From: the human T2T-CHM13v2.0 reference genome, Homo sapiens
Assembly (NCBI RefSeq): GCF_009914755.1
Contig: NC_060932.1
Reading direction: 5' to 3' (one strand)
DNA: 64,000 nt
Under the pieces are notes generated by a model. That model was not told the DNA's origin and searched no databases. It saw only the letters and a program-made list of their open reading frames with translations. A program made the translations under genes and the position numbers. Positions 40,800 through 54,985 of the stretch are shown here, piece by piece. How positions within the stretch are numbered: the first letter of the stretch is position 1; each line of letters opens with the position of its first letter.

Positions 40800-41170
40800 T
40801 GGATGAAATAGTACTTAACAGCTTCATAAACCAAACTGTTATGCACAATTAAATGGTCTTCACTCTTATTATCTTAACTAATGAATTTTGCCAGGCATCT
40901 CCGTTATAGCTGTATGATTTATAAAGATTATATTTACTTTTTCTCCTTATAAGAACCTAATGAGACCAAATTGGTTGCATGTAATCAGACACTGGCCTTT
41001 TTCATCTCTTCGGGTTTTATTTACGAAACCTTATTAGAGCAAACGTACTGAGTAATATGCAGCGATAGCTAGGTTTTGCTTAATGATCCAAACAGCCAAC
41101 ATGGAATGCAGATAATGAAATGACAGGCTGATTACAAATGCGAGGAGAAAAGTAAATGTGCTCAGAGCCC
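40800..41170. promoter_or_regulatory. Candidate conserved enhancer (HOX/PBX/MEIS/POU motifs)
   Basis: TGATTTAT 40915, TTTACGA 41020, TGACAG 41121, many TAAT; six CpGs in AT-rich unique DNA. Confidence 0.4.
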
Positions 41171-41606
41171 ATTTCTACAATCCTTACCTAGGCAGAACAC
41201 CCATTAACATGTTTCAACCTAAGAACACATACTTCTACAGAGGCCTAAGATAAGACTGTAACACATATCTCAGAAACTGAGGGTTGAGTTGTTTTCCAGC
41301 AGTGTAGGATTGGGCCGAAGTATTATGTACAAGTGGTTTGTGTGGGATGATTATGCAGTGGCACCAAAGGTTTGATGAGCCCCAGTTCATGAAGGCAAAC
41401 TGCAGGAGATAGTTCATGGAGCTTGCATTCAACAGCCACTACTAAAATAAATAATAATTTGGACTAACACGAGTGTTTTCCCTCTTAGAATCTCTTTTAG
41501 TGCTAAAACCTAATACAATCTGGATTGATATTATCCAAGTTAGTATTAATCACATGACAATCCTCTCTCAAAGATAGAAGCAGACTACATTAAGACATTG
41601 CTGGAC

Positions 41607-42058
41607 TGTCTTAGTCCATTTTGTGTTGCTATAACAGAATACCTGAGGCTGGGTAATTTATAAAGAAAGGAGGTTTATTTAGCTCATGGTTCTGCAGGCT
41701 GGGAAAGTACAAGAAGCATGGTGCTAGCATCTGCTTGGCTTCTGATGAGGGCTTTTGTGTTGCTCCATAACATGGGGGAGAAGGTCAAATGAGAAGCAGA
41801 CATGTGCAAAGAAGCAAAATCATAGGGGGATTCTGCTTTTATAACAACCTACGTTTGAAGGAACACTCCGGCAGGAACTAATCCAGTCTTGTGAGAGCAA
41901 GAACTCACTCAACTACTGCAAGAATGGCTCGAAGCCATTCATGAGGGATCTGCCTCCATGACCCAAACATGTCCCAGCAGGCCTTGCCTCTCAACAGTGC
42001 CATATTGGAAATCAAATTTCAACATGGGTGTGGATGGGGACAAACTCAAACCACAGCA
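41607..42058 (-). mobile_element. MST (MSTB/C-like, MaLR) solo LTR
   Basis: 'tgtcttagtccattttgtgttgctataacagaatacctgaggctgggtaattt' to 'caaaccacagca'. Confidence 0.9.
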
Positions 42059-42324
42059 TAAACCAAGTGCCTAACATCAGTGCTTTTATCATGGCTGTAC
42101 GTGTTGGAAGCTCTTAATCCACAATCTCTTCTTCCTTTCCTTACTGTGATGTTCCCTTATTTTAACAAAGCAAAGATTTACTGTACTTTTAGCAGTAGAA
42201 CATGGAGCTGATTTTTTCTGATTTGACTTAGAAGGCCCTGAAGGAAGAGGGACAGCCTTATTGTTTTCCCAGATGTCACTCTTAAATATTTCCATTCTTC
42301 TGTAATATTTGACTTTGTAATGAC

Positions 42325-42510
42325 TTGGCCATTCATAAAACTTTCCCAAGCAATGTTTGAACCCATTTATACATTTATATCCTCTCTGTACCAACTGCTG
42401 GTATAATGCATTTGGTAAGTTTATTACCCTTTGGGTGAACAACTTCCTCTATAAAGTTTCAAAGGGCGTCCTCTCATACTAGTATTTTGAGATTTGGTGA
42501 ATAAATCAAA
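42325..42510 (-). mobile_element. CR1-clade LINE (L3-like) ORF2 C-terminal relic
   Basis: Minus strand reads DLFTKSQNTSMRGRPLKL, then after a frameshift FTQRVINLPNAL...INGFKHCLGKF, matching the CR1 end motifs TRGHxxKL and FTxRVVNxWNxLP...FKxxLDxF. Confidence 0.75.
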
Positions 42511-42789
42511 ACAGAATAAATCAAAATCTTATTCATGTTATTGAAGCTTTTGTAGTTTAAGACGATATTCCCAATCTGGTCTTGACATTTACAGGCAACT
42601 GATACCTCCAGACCTTGGACTTCTGGTTGTTTTGTGTAACATTCGCTGCAGAATATCCCACTAGGAGAATGCTATTTGGGGATTTTCTTATCCAGGCCCT
42701 GTTCTTTATGTTTGTTTCCTTCACCTGACTAGACTACACTAGTCTAGAATAACCTAAAGTCAATGGGGAAAACAGTTATGGGATTAGAT

Positions 42790-42920
42790 AATGCTACAGG
42801 CCACTGTTATTGTAGAATGAAGAAAGTCAAGCTCAAAGAAGTAAAGTGACTTGCCCAAGGTCACAGTGCTAGTTAAAAAGAGATCTGGATTGGAACTGGA
42901 CTCTCAGATAAATATTCTTT
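42790..42920 (-). mobile_element. MIR
   Basis: 'aagtgacttgcccaaggtcacag'. Confidence 0.75.
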
Positions 42921-43402
42921 CCAAGGACTTGCTAAAGGTCAAACTGCTAACTATTTTTTTGTTATCCTCATGTGGTCGAAAGTTCCCATGATCAAAAAGT
43001 ATTGAGATTAGAATCTCGAAGTAGGCTGTTCTTTCTCCAATGCTCCCTCATTCCCCATCATGTCTTTCATTCTGGTGAATGTGTTCTTGGTCACTCTTGC
43101 CAGAGACCCAGTGTCTTGGTGCTACTTCCTACCTGCCTATGGCTTACCGTGTCCACCATGGTGACCTTTATGATCTGTGCTTCTGGCAGTCCCCATTTGA
43201 CTTCTCTGCTACTTGCTCCTCTTCTCAATTCCATTAACCCACCATATGGCCCCTGCATCAAGACCTCCTACTCTGGTTTTACTACCATGGCCTTGATACC
43301 CTAAGGACAACAGTCAAACTGGATATACCATTCCCAGTGGAGATCCCCAGGATTTCAAATTCTTAAATGCTTTTATCCGCTCTCCTTTTCTTATTAAAAT
43401 CA

Positions 43403-43750
<348 letters not shown>

Positions 43751-45184
43751 AAAAGGGTGAATGTTGAAAATGTTGTAGATCTCCAGGAATCATGATCAGT
43801 CTAGGAGGAAGATTAGATCTTTTCTTTTCACTATCCATTGCTTTCTGGTGTTGGCCTGCTCTGTAGCTGATCCTTTATACTTGACTCTGGACTTATCTTT
43901 TGCATAGAGGAGACAGTGCCATCATTTTGATGGTGTCCTTTCCTCCCAGAGGAATGCATGGGGTTTGAAAATGACCATCCACATGACAAGACAAGAGCAC
44001 TCAAGGAAGGGGAATGCAGAAAACAGAGAAAAGGAAAGGACTATAGAAGGCTGGCTTTTCCTGGTACCACCTTGTATTTCTCCTCCCAGTTTTGTCTCAT
44101 TTTGTTCTGTTTTATGGCTTTTAAATCTCCTTTCTGTGTCTCTCCCTTTCTTCTTACTGTAATACCCTCCTAGGCACATTTCTTCTTGAGCCGAAACACA
44201 ATTTTTCTGGGTTACACTGTCCCAGAGAAGTTTCTCCTGGTGAACCCCCTCCAATTCTCCACCAATTTTAGCTGTCTTGATATGTTCTTCCCATTTGCCT
44301 GTTCTGTTTGGGATTTTGAATTTGAGGCAAACATTTACACCTTTTGCATTTAGAGTATATAAGATGTTATTTCAGGGCTTGGTGTCCTGTTATTTTCATC
44401 TGAAGCATTTGAGCCTAAAAGAATTTATTCTCCAAACTTCTTTATCCACATTTATGAGCATCTTGCAATAACAATGGTAGATGTTATCATTTTTAGTTAC
44501 TTTGTAGATTGCAAAATGCATCTCCAGGCTTGCTTCATGTAGCTGCTTGACTTGCCTGCTCTGTGTAAAGGTTCCATGTATCTGTCTGATGGTTCTATCT
44601 CTCTTCTTTTGTAAGCTCATGGCTAGAGATGCCATTAATTCCTTCCACCCTGTTGTCTAGAAATACTCTGCACACAATGGACCCTTGATTTTCTGAATAG
44701 GTTTGTAAGTCTCAGTTGTTATTTCAAATGTCCCCACTACAGATTTATTCTAATTTAAGAAAACCCAACACAAACCACTAGAATTTACAGACACATATAT
44801 TATTTGTATTACACAATGACTTATCACTGGACTTTCTCTAATAGCAAACTTCTTTAGCGTATTAAAGCTATTTTTATTTTAGAAGGCAATTTAATTTGTA
44901 TGGAAAAATGCATGAACTGGAGTCAGTCACATTGATTGGATGTAATAAGAACACTTGATTCTTAGAGACAAATGGCCTGGTAGTATGTCTTTTGATCATA
45001 TAGTTATGTCATACATGAAGGTGACTTTGACATTATTATGAATGGTAAGTTCTCAATTTACAGAAATGAAAAGTATGTAAGGATGGATAGTATAGAAGGA
45101 AGGAACAGTGTTCTCCTGGGTTTCAGTCCAGAGCCTAAAATCTAGAATCTATCCTAAAATGGATACATTGGAAAAGAACTGCCG

Positions 45185-45195
45185 ACACACACACA

Positions 45196-45243
<48 letters not shown>
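45185..45243. repeat. (CA)n microsatellite, about 29 units with one interruption
   Basis: Directly visible. Confidence 0.98.
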
Positions 45244-45246
<3 letters not shown>

Positions 45247-47294
45247 ACTATTCTACCCTCCTCTCCTCTACCCCCACTTTTTCAGGTAGGAAGAGGGCAG
45301 CCCCAGAATCGTGTTGACTTAGCTTGAGGACTTTGCTCAACCTTGCTAGGATCACTTCCTAGGCTTTGTGAGATTTGCCCCAGTGAGTTTCACTTTTGCT
45401 GTGACCAAGGCACACCTGTTCCCCAGGGCTGGACAAGAAAGCTATCAGGCCTTCCTGAGCCGGTCCAGCTCCTGGTTCAGCTCAGCCATGTGGAACCCTC
45501 CACGACTCACTTTCCTCTAACTGAAACAGCCAACCTCTCAGTCCCCTCATTCTCTCTCTCCCACTCTTGAAAGCCAATTTCCTGCTTCAATCTTATTCTT
45601 ATGAATAGAAACACAGAGCTTGCATGGAGAATGAGAAACTACTGTATCATAGGAAGCAATCACACAGAACACAAAAAGCCATTCAAAGTAATTAAACTAC
45701 TCCCATCCCCTTTTCTATATTTCTTTTCAGCTCAGCACTGATGGGCTGTTTATCTTTGCCACCACAACTGTGGCAGCGGCAGAGGAAACAGCAAGCCATT
45801 TTCTGCAAGGGCACATGCCGAGAGGGCAGAATTAAGACAAATGCTCTCATTCTTGGCTGCCAAAGCATTTTAGCTTCTGAAAAGCAAGGGAAGCAATGCC
45901 ATCACCCTGTGAAGAAATAAATAAATAAAGGCCCGGTGGCAAGAGAAGCTTCTGGGTGATTTTCCACTTGTCAGAGGAAAAGGGGGATGGGGCCAGTGAA
46001 GATGGGGGTGAGAGGGAGGGGGGAGCTCATTATCTTCCAGCCCCTGAAGCTTTTGTTCTCTTCAGCTGTGCTAAGGAGGCTGCAGCTCTGCTCCCAGCTG
46101 TGCAGAATCTTGCAAGCGAACTAAGAAGAGTCTGAGACCAGCAATATGACTCCAGCAGGCATCGCTGCAGGGAGATGACAGCTGGGCAAGAAAGTGGAGC
46201 CCCCAGATTCCCAGTTAGCAAGACTGAGCTAACAGGGCTCTCCATGTTAATACCTGCATGGATGCTTTTCCAGTACAGCTGCAGAAAGAGACTGCTGAGA
46301 GGTTTGCCTGAGGGCTGTTTGCAATTTTTTCCCTTTTGTCCTGGCCCCAGACTGTCCATAGCAGCTGCTGCACCTTGGCGAGCATCATGGGGGAGTTTAA
46401 AGTTGGAGAAAAAGGGAGGATCTTAGAGTGGTTCAATCGCATCTACTGCTCAATATCACAAACGCATCTTGAATGTGTTTGTTCTGTTGTGAAAATCAAT
46501 GCTTCTTCAGAATAGCTGGTGTTGGGACTTCAGTAAGAGAGCTCGAGGAAGTTTGCCTAAAGAAGGGCTTCTGGGCTGTCAGTAAGTCAGGCAGTCAGTC
46601 CACAGCTCTTTCTAGGTGGAAACTGAGAGGTGTTACAAAGGACCTACATGAAAAACCTAACAACCGGTTCTCTGTGGAGAAGCCTGGACTGCTTAGAAAC
46701 ATATGCCCCTTAGGGGTGTACTCTCACCTGCTACTACTGCAGTCTACCAGACCTGCTGCTACCTTTTTTGGGGTTTCAAGCAACTTTCCATCTAATAGAC
46801 AACCTAACCCAGCTTGAAGATTTTTGCAGAGGATGGTCCATAAAATGCCAAATCAAGCTACATGGACCATCTCAGGTTTATTTGAGGACTAAGTAGCTTG
46901 CATTCCACTCCTGGGCGCTGCCCCACTCTCCACTGCACCCATAGATTTACCATGGTAGATTTAACTTCCCGGTTGAGGAAAACACCAATTTCAGAGTAGC
47001 CCCAGAAGCCCTGCCTCCTCTCCCTCCCAAGTCCCTGTGGCCTTGCAGGGAGCTGCCTGTTTGGTTTAATCTGGGGAGCTGGCACCTCTCCCATTCCCTA
47101 CTGTCAGGCCTGCACTGTTCAGCATTCTTGTTTTTGCATCTGTCATTATCTTTTGTATGCAAAGAGGTTTAATGTGCAATAAATGTAAATGGCCAGTATA
47201 TAGTCTGTGTTTTATTAACTTCCATTTGAGCCTGTTGTCAGTGACTACTCTGCCTTGCCAGGATTCATTAGCAAGACCCCCAGCCCTTGGTTTC

Positions 47295-48017
47295 TGCAAC
47301 CGCCCAGTGGGTTCCTCTTGCCCACTTCCCAGACAGAATAGATTTTTCAAGACAGGGGAATTGCAATAGAGAAAGAGTTTTACACATGTAGAGCTGGCTA
47401 AATGGAGGACTGGAGTTTTATTATTACTCAAATCAGCTTCCTCCAAAATTTGGAGGCTAGAGTTTTTCAAAGATAGCTTGGGGCGAGGGTTGGCTAGGGA
47501 ATCGGTGCTGCTGATTGGTTGGAGGTGCAATCATGGGGATGTGGAAAATGGTATGGTTCTTTTGCACTGAATCTGCTTCTGGGTGGGGCCACAAGACAGG
47601 TCGGTGGGTCCTGGTGGAGCCATTCATCATCAGAAATGCAAAACCCCAGAAAGACATTTCAAGTGGCCAGTCATAGGTTCTGCAATTGTGAGGTTATCTG
47701 CAGGAGTAACTGGGGAAGCTGCAAACCTTGTGGCCTCCAGAGTAATGACTGGTAATTGTTTAAATCTACACCTTAGCAGAATTCAGGCTCCTCATCCTCC
47801 TAACCTGGTGGTCTCTCATTAGCTTTATAAACATGGTTTAGTTTTGGGGAAGGGCTATTATTTAAACTATAAACTAAATGTCTCCCAAAGTTAACTTGGT
47901 CCAAGTCCAGGAATGAGGGCAGTTCAGAGGTTAAAGACAAGATGGGGGTAGATTAGATCAGATCTGTTTCACTGTCATAATTTTCTTACTACTATAATTT
48001 TTGCAAAGCTGGTTTCA
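47295..48017 (-). mobile_element. LTR8-family (ERV1) solo LTR
   Basis: Minus strand starts 'tgaaaccagctttgcaaaaattat...gacagtgaaacagatctgatcta'; TG...CA ends. Confidence 0.85.
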
Positions 48018-49180
48018 TTTTCTTTGCTTGCCCTGTCTCATTTCCAAAAGCTTCTTTGCCCAACTTCTATTTCTGCAGAGCCCACTGTGCCCTCCTCTAG
48101 CTTTCAGGGTGAAGGGTACACACAAACTTTCCATGGCAAAGTCTTTCTGGGATGGTTTACTTCAACCATTACCCAGACTTGACCTATCTTATGTGTGACT
48201 GTGACAGCAGGTGGAGAACTACTGAAACTATTTCCTAAATTTAGGTAAAATCAAATGTTGCTACCTAGTCATGACCATCAATCTTTTCTCCCCTACTTAA
48301 ATATTTTTCAAAGATCCAGTCTTGTAATAATTTCACCTGCTTTGCGAAAGTGTTCAATATGCTAAATAAAAATGATAATTCAATTTATTCTCTCAGTAGG
48401 AATCCTTGTAAGGTACAGGGGAGATGGGGTAATGCCTACCGAAAAAGAAATTGAGTCTGTGGGGGTAATGGCAAAAAATCTCGGGATTCTTGACTCTCAG
48501 GGCAAGTGCATCGACATTCAAATGTCATTGAGTTTAATGTGCCTCCTTAAGTACTTACCTGACTACTTAGGATTGATTCAAGTAATGTGGAGACATTTTA
48601 ATTCTGACTTTTGGGTGAAAATTCAAAGTAGCACATTCACGGAAAATGTGTTTTTATAATATCTCCTAAGAGGCTTACCCAGTAAACATTTCTAATTTGA
48701 GAACCAGAGAACAGTTGCAAGTCAGATACTGGGGTGGATGGGGGAAGCACTGTACTGAAACAGTGCAGCCATCACAATCATGGAAGGTTGGGGATGGCTA
48801 TGACTGCTCCAAGGCTGCCGGTATACACTAGGGGACACAGAGAATTCACTGCCACAGAGTGCAAATGTCTTCCTTCCCAGACCTGGCAATGGCTTCAAGT
48901 AAGGGATTTCAAGTATTCCTGGATGGATTCTTTTATCTGCTATTGTATAAATGATTCTAAACTTTTCTGAGTGAATGTTAAGGAGGGAAAATGGGTTAGA
49001 GATATCAGAAGTGTATGCAGTGCTACAAACTTCCACAAATGCTGCCTCAAAAATACTGCAGCCCTCACTGTGGTACTTCTCCAACTCACAATGGAGTTCC
49101 TGCTTCAGAGTTGACAAAAACAAACAAACAAACAAAAACCCCAAAAAGCCACATTTCATATTGAGATATAAATCACATGG

Positions 49181-49552
49181 TGTATTAGTCTGTTCTTATG
49201 CTGCTAATAAAGACATACCCAAGACTGGGTAATTTGTAAAGGGAAGAGGTTTAATGGAATCACAGTTCCACGTGGCTGGGGAGGCCTCACAATCATGGTG
49301 GATGGCAAGGAGAAGGAAACTCATGTCTTACATGGATGGTGGCAGGGAAGAGAAGAGAACTTGTACAGGGGAACTCCCCTTTATAAAACCATCAGCTCTT
49401 ATGAGACTTATTCACTATCATAAGAACAGCGTGGGAAGGACTTGCCTCCATGATTCAGTTACCTCTCACTGGGTCCCTCCCATGACCCGTGGGAATTGTG
49501 GGAGCTACAATTGAAGATGAGATTTAGGTGAGGACACAGCCAAACCATATCA
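49181..49552 (-). mobile_element. THE1 (THE1B/C-like) solo LTR
   Basis: 'tgtattagtctgttcttatgctgctaataaagacatacccaagactggg' to 'ccaaaccatatca'; TSD catgg/catag. Confidence 0.93.
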
Positions 49553-49966
49553 CATAGCATACACTGCAACCATTTGAAGTATACAATTAGTTGGTTTTTA
49601 GTAACTCACAGAGTTGGGCAACCATTATCCAGCAATTCTAGAACATTTTCATTTGCTACTTGTATCTGGTAGCAGTAACTCCTCAGCCCTTGGCAACTGC
49701 TAATCTATTTTCTGTCTCTATAGATTTGCCTATTCTAGACATTTCATATAAATAGAAAAATTTAATATGCAGTCTTTTCTGACTGATTTCTTTTACTTAG
49801 CATAATGTTTTCAGGGTTCATTCATGCTGTAGCACATATTGATACTTCATTCTTTTTATTGCCAAATAATATTCTATATAATGGATAAACATTTTATTTA
49901 TTCATTTATCAGTTGGTGGACACTTCGGTTGTTTACACTTTTTGGCTATCATAAAAATGCTACTAT

Positions 49967-50115
49967 GGGGCAGTCATGGTGGGTCACACCTGTAATCTCA
50001 GCACTTTGGGAGCTTGAGGTAGGAGGATTGCTTGAGACCAGAAGTTTGAGACCAGCCTGGGTAACATAGCAATACCCCTGTTTCTATAAAAAAAAATAAT
50101 AATACAAAGTAAAAA
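49967..50115 (+). mobile_element. FLAM / Alu left monomer
   Basis: Single monomer followed directly by an A-rich tail. Confidence 0.85.
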
Positions 50116-50272
50116 TAAAAGTATAATGATTCTATAAATATTTATGTACAAGTTTTTGTAGGGACATGTGTTTCCGTATCTATTGGGTATATGCCTAGGA
50201 GTGAAATTACTGGTTCATATAGTAACTCTATGTTTAGCATTTTGAGAACTGCCAAACTGTTTATCAAAGTAA

Positions 50273-50639
<367 letters not shown>

Positions 50640-51171
50640 TAATGCTTGTTACTGTCTGTCTTCTTTGTCCTAGCCATTTTTGTGGGCATCAAGTGACACT
50701 GCTCTGTGGTTTTCATTTACATTCCTCTAATGGCTAATGATGCCAAGCATCTTTTCATGTGCTTGTTCGTTTGTGTATCTGCTTTTGAGAAATGTTTGTT
50801 TAGATTCTTTGTCTATTTTAAAATTGGATTATGTTTTTATTGCTGAGTTGTAAGAGTTCTTTACATGTTCTGGATAAAATTCCTTATGTAAAAGATTTGC
50901 AAATATTTTCTCCCATTCTGAGGTTGGATTTTGCACTTTCTTAAGGATATTATTTGTAGCATAAGGCTTTTAAATTTTGAAAAAAGATAAAAAGTTTTCT
51001 TTGTTTCTTGTGCTTTGGGTGATGTATTCCAGAGATAACATTACAGTATAAAAAACAAAGAGCTCTCAGGTATAGCAGGGGTACACTGGCATACATTTGA
51101 GGCAAAAAGAAGGGAAAGGCTACATGCTAATTAAACTAATTCACTTTATCATGTAGATCTGTTTTTACTGA

Positions 51172-51482
<311 letters not shown>

Positions 51483-52084
51483 CTACTGATTTTACTTTTA
51501 AAAGACTTCTATGGTTACACATATTTTAAATTTATGCAAATATTTTGTTTGTACATATTATATCTTCATTTGAGGAGAAAAAGAAGTGTTACCAATGCTG
51601 TTTTATAGATTTAAAAGCATGCTCTAAATTAACTGTGATTTAAACAGGGCTTCCCTGTATAGAACTTAAAGTCCTTCCCTCATTTTTGTTTTTGTTTCAT
51701 AATATTCTTATACATGAGGATGATGATCTACCACTTGTCCAAACTGTCCTTGGTGGTAAGCTCACTGAGAAGGCTTAGCCCTATCACTTATAGATGACTA
51801 TAAGTGCTCAACTTCTTCATGATTTGTAGAAGTGGATCAGACTAGGCAAGATCAAGACTTGTGCAAATTAAATGGGAAAATTAACATAAAAATTAGACTC
51901 TTAAACATTCAAGAGATTTGCTTTAATAAGATTGAGGGCTACCTATTTTGTTTGTGTCAATGATCCTGTGAGGCTAGGCAGCTGAATGAAGTTATTTCCA
52001 ATTCTTTGTACTAGAGTACATATGTTACTCAGTAACAGCTATCAAGGCAAAAGTATTATTTTTTTCTGAATAAATAAGAAATCA

Positions 52085-52403
<319 letters not shown>

Positions 52404-52489
52404 TTATGATCTCTTGTTGCTGAATGGACTTGTGAAATTCTGCACTATCAGAAATGGAGTCTGTATTCAAAAATAGTGGGGATAAGGGC

Positions 52490-53365
52490 TGTCGTCTCAG
52501 CTGTTTTCTGTTGCTTTAACAGAATATCACAGAATGGGTAATTTTTAATGAACATAAATGTATTTGGCTTACAGTTCTGGAGGCTGGAAGGTCCAAGAGC
52601 ATGGCACTGGCATCTGGCAAGGGTCACCCCCCTGGCAGAAGGTGAGAGAGAGATAGAAGCAAGGACATGAGACATAGAGAAAATCAGGCTGAACTCATCA
52701 CTTTGTCAGGAAATCACTCCCACAATAATGAACCTACTCCTGCAATAATGGCATTCATCCATTCATGAGAGTGGGGCCCTCATGACCTAATCACCTCTTA
52801 AAGGCCCCACCTCTTAGTACTGTTAAGTTGGCAATTAAATCTCCAACACATGAACTTTTGGGGGATGCATTCAAACAATAGCAGCTGTATTAGTCTGGGT
52901 TCTACAGAGAAAAAGAACCAATAGACAATATGTAAAATAGGGAATTGGTTCACATGGTTATAGAGGGCAGAGAATTCCCAAGATCTGCAGTTGGCAAGCT
53001 ATACTTCCAGGGGAGCTGTTAGTATAGTTCCAGTCTGGGTCCAAGTGCCTGAAAACCAGGTGAGATGATGATGTTAGTTCCAGTCTGAGTCCAAGTCTGA
53101 AAGTAGGAGAAGACTGATAGCTTAGCTTGAAAACAGGCAGAGAGAAATAATTTTCTCTTATTTTGACTTTTTGTTTTATTTGGACTTTTATTAGATTGGA
53201 AGAGGCCCACCTGTATTGAGGAGGGCAGTCTACTTCACTTAGTCTATGAATTCAGATATTAACCTTATCCAGAAACACCCTCATAGACTCACCTAGAATA
53301 ATGTTAACCAAGTATCAGGATACCTCATGGCACAGTCAAGTTGACACATGCAATTAACCATCACA
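52490..53365 (-). mobile_element. MLT2 (ERVL) solo LTR with an MST inserted in its terminus
   Basis: 'tgtattagtctgggttctacagaga' to 'cagtcaagttgacacatgcaattaaccatcaca'; TSD agggc/agggt. Confidence 0.85.
52493..52883 (-). mobile_element. MST (MSTD-like) solo LTR
   Basis: 'ttacagttctggaggctggaaggtccaaga' to 'ttcaaacaatagca'; TSD gctgt at 52488 and 52884. Confidence 0.85.
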
Positions 53366-54839
53366 AGGGTGTTGTAATGGCTTAGCTCCATGTGCCTACT
53401 TTGCAGTCTGTACTAAACTTCCTGGAAAATAATTTCTTAAAGCTATAACCTTAAGGTACACAGTGAGGTGATGTGATTCCCATAAATTGCAATCCCATAA
53501 AATTTATTACTTAGGATACAAAAATATTCTAAAGAAAGAACTGTTTCAAAGAGGCAGGATAAATTTTAATCAGCTCTTGCTTTCATACCTACTCTGCCAA
53601 CCTCTCAGACCACTTCTTATTATAAATTCACATAATTGGAGAAGGTTGAAACAGTGCCCAGGATTCAGGATAGTATGTGAAGCTACTAATCCTTTCAGTG
53701 AGCAATTGGGCTTTCCTTCTGTACACATTTGGGAGACAAGGTTCTCATGGCAGCAAGTGCTAGTGGGCCTGAATTTAATTATTACGAACTCTTGCATTAG
53801 TAAGTGCAAATGCAGCTCCAGCAGGCCAAGAATACAGCCTTCAATCTGTGCTCATGCTTAAAAATCACCAGGACCTTCAGACATGAAGAACTCTTCATGT
53901 TATTAGTGTTGCCATTTTGGAAATGTCAATGATTGCTCAGAGTGTCCCATGGAAGGTTTTGGCTCAGGGATCTGAAGTGAGAAAAATGGCATTAGCTGTG
54001 TAAGCCCCCTTGTGTAGCTTGCATGCTCTTTCTGCCTTCATCTCCATATCTCTTAGGAATATTTTAAGCTCCTCTGGCAACTGAACATACCTTCTATTGA
54101 CTGCAGGATATTAACAGGTTATGCAAACAGAGAACCAATGAAATTAATTGAAAGTAGAAAAGTTTAGTCAAACAATTATTTAGAGTCCAGGAGAGGGGGC
54201 TGGGAGGCAATGGACAATAGGGAACAGGCATCACAATATCAGATCATAAGTTTTAAAATTTATTCTCCTCAGAGAACTTATTGGATGTGTGAACAGGTTT
54301 CTATGAAACCAAAGCAGCCAACTGACATGGTCGATTCAGTCAATTAGCACTGGCTTCTTTTCAGGCTTGTTCTCTGAGGTGCATGTAAATTATGCAGGGT
54401 TCACTGCAGAATTTTGAGCAGGTAAAATCATTGCACAGAGCAGTCTCTGCCCACTTTGCAGAATTAGGATCTGCAAATCCTAAGACTATGTAGTCTTAAT
54501 AATTGCAGAATAGTAAATAATTCCCAACTTTGTCATGGGAGGGTTGGAATAGAGATGAAATTCTTTCAGGTTTTGAAAACCCCAAACTGACACAATATGG
54601 AGCCAGAAGAGAATGGGCTCAATGATCATGAATCCAGTTGTTAGCCTCTTTCAGCCAGAGAGAAACCTAGAATATGAGTAAAAAGGCTGAAACACTTACA
54701 CATTTTCTTGCATGTGTTTAAACCATGAGGTGATGATTTGTGACTATCCCCAGTCTTCTGCCTCCTTCAGTCACATGTCAACTCATTTGCCTTGGGATTC
54801 CCCTGTCATTTTGTGCTTATCATTATTATCTCTACTTTT

Positions 54840-54985
54840 TAAAGCAGACAGTGTAGTTATTTGAGCACTTGTCTTAATTCATTTTTCTTTTTGTATGCAA
54901 GAATGTTAATATTTATCTTCTTATATTTTCTATTCCCCATACAGTAAATTATGCATATATTTTGCAAAAAAAATGAATGAATGTA
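54840..54985 (+). mobile_element. L2 3' end
   Basis: Ends in '...aatgaatgaatg'. Confidence 0.4.

Noticed and set aside
47066-47822. 154-aa and neighbouring ORFs
   Set aside because: They largely overlap the LTR8-family solo LTR and are chance ORFs.
54365-54421. 57-nt exon-like segment (ttcag|...cag|gtaaaa) as a coding exon
   Set aside because: It has stop codons in all three frames, so it could only be non-coding.
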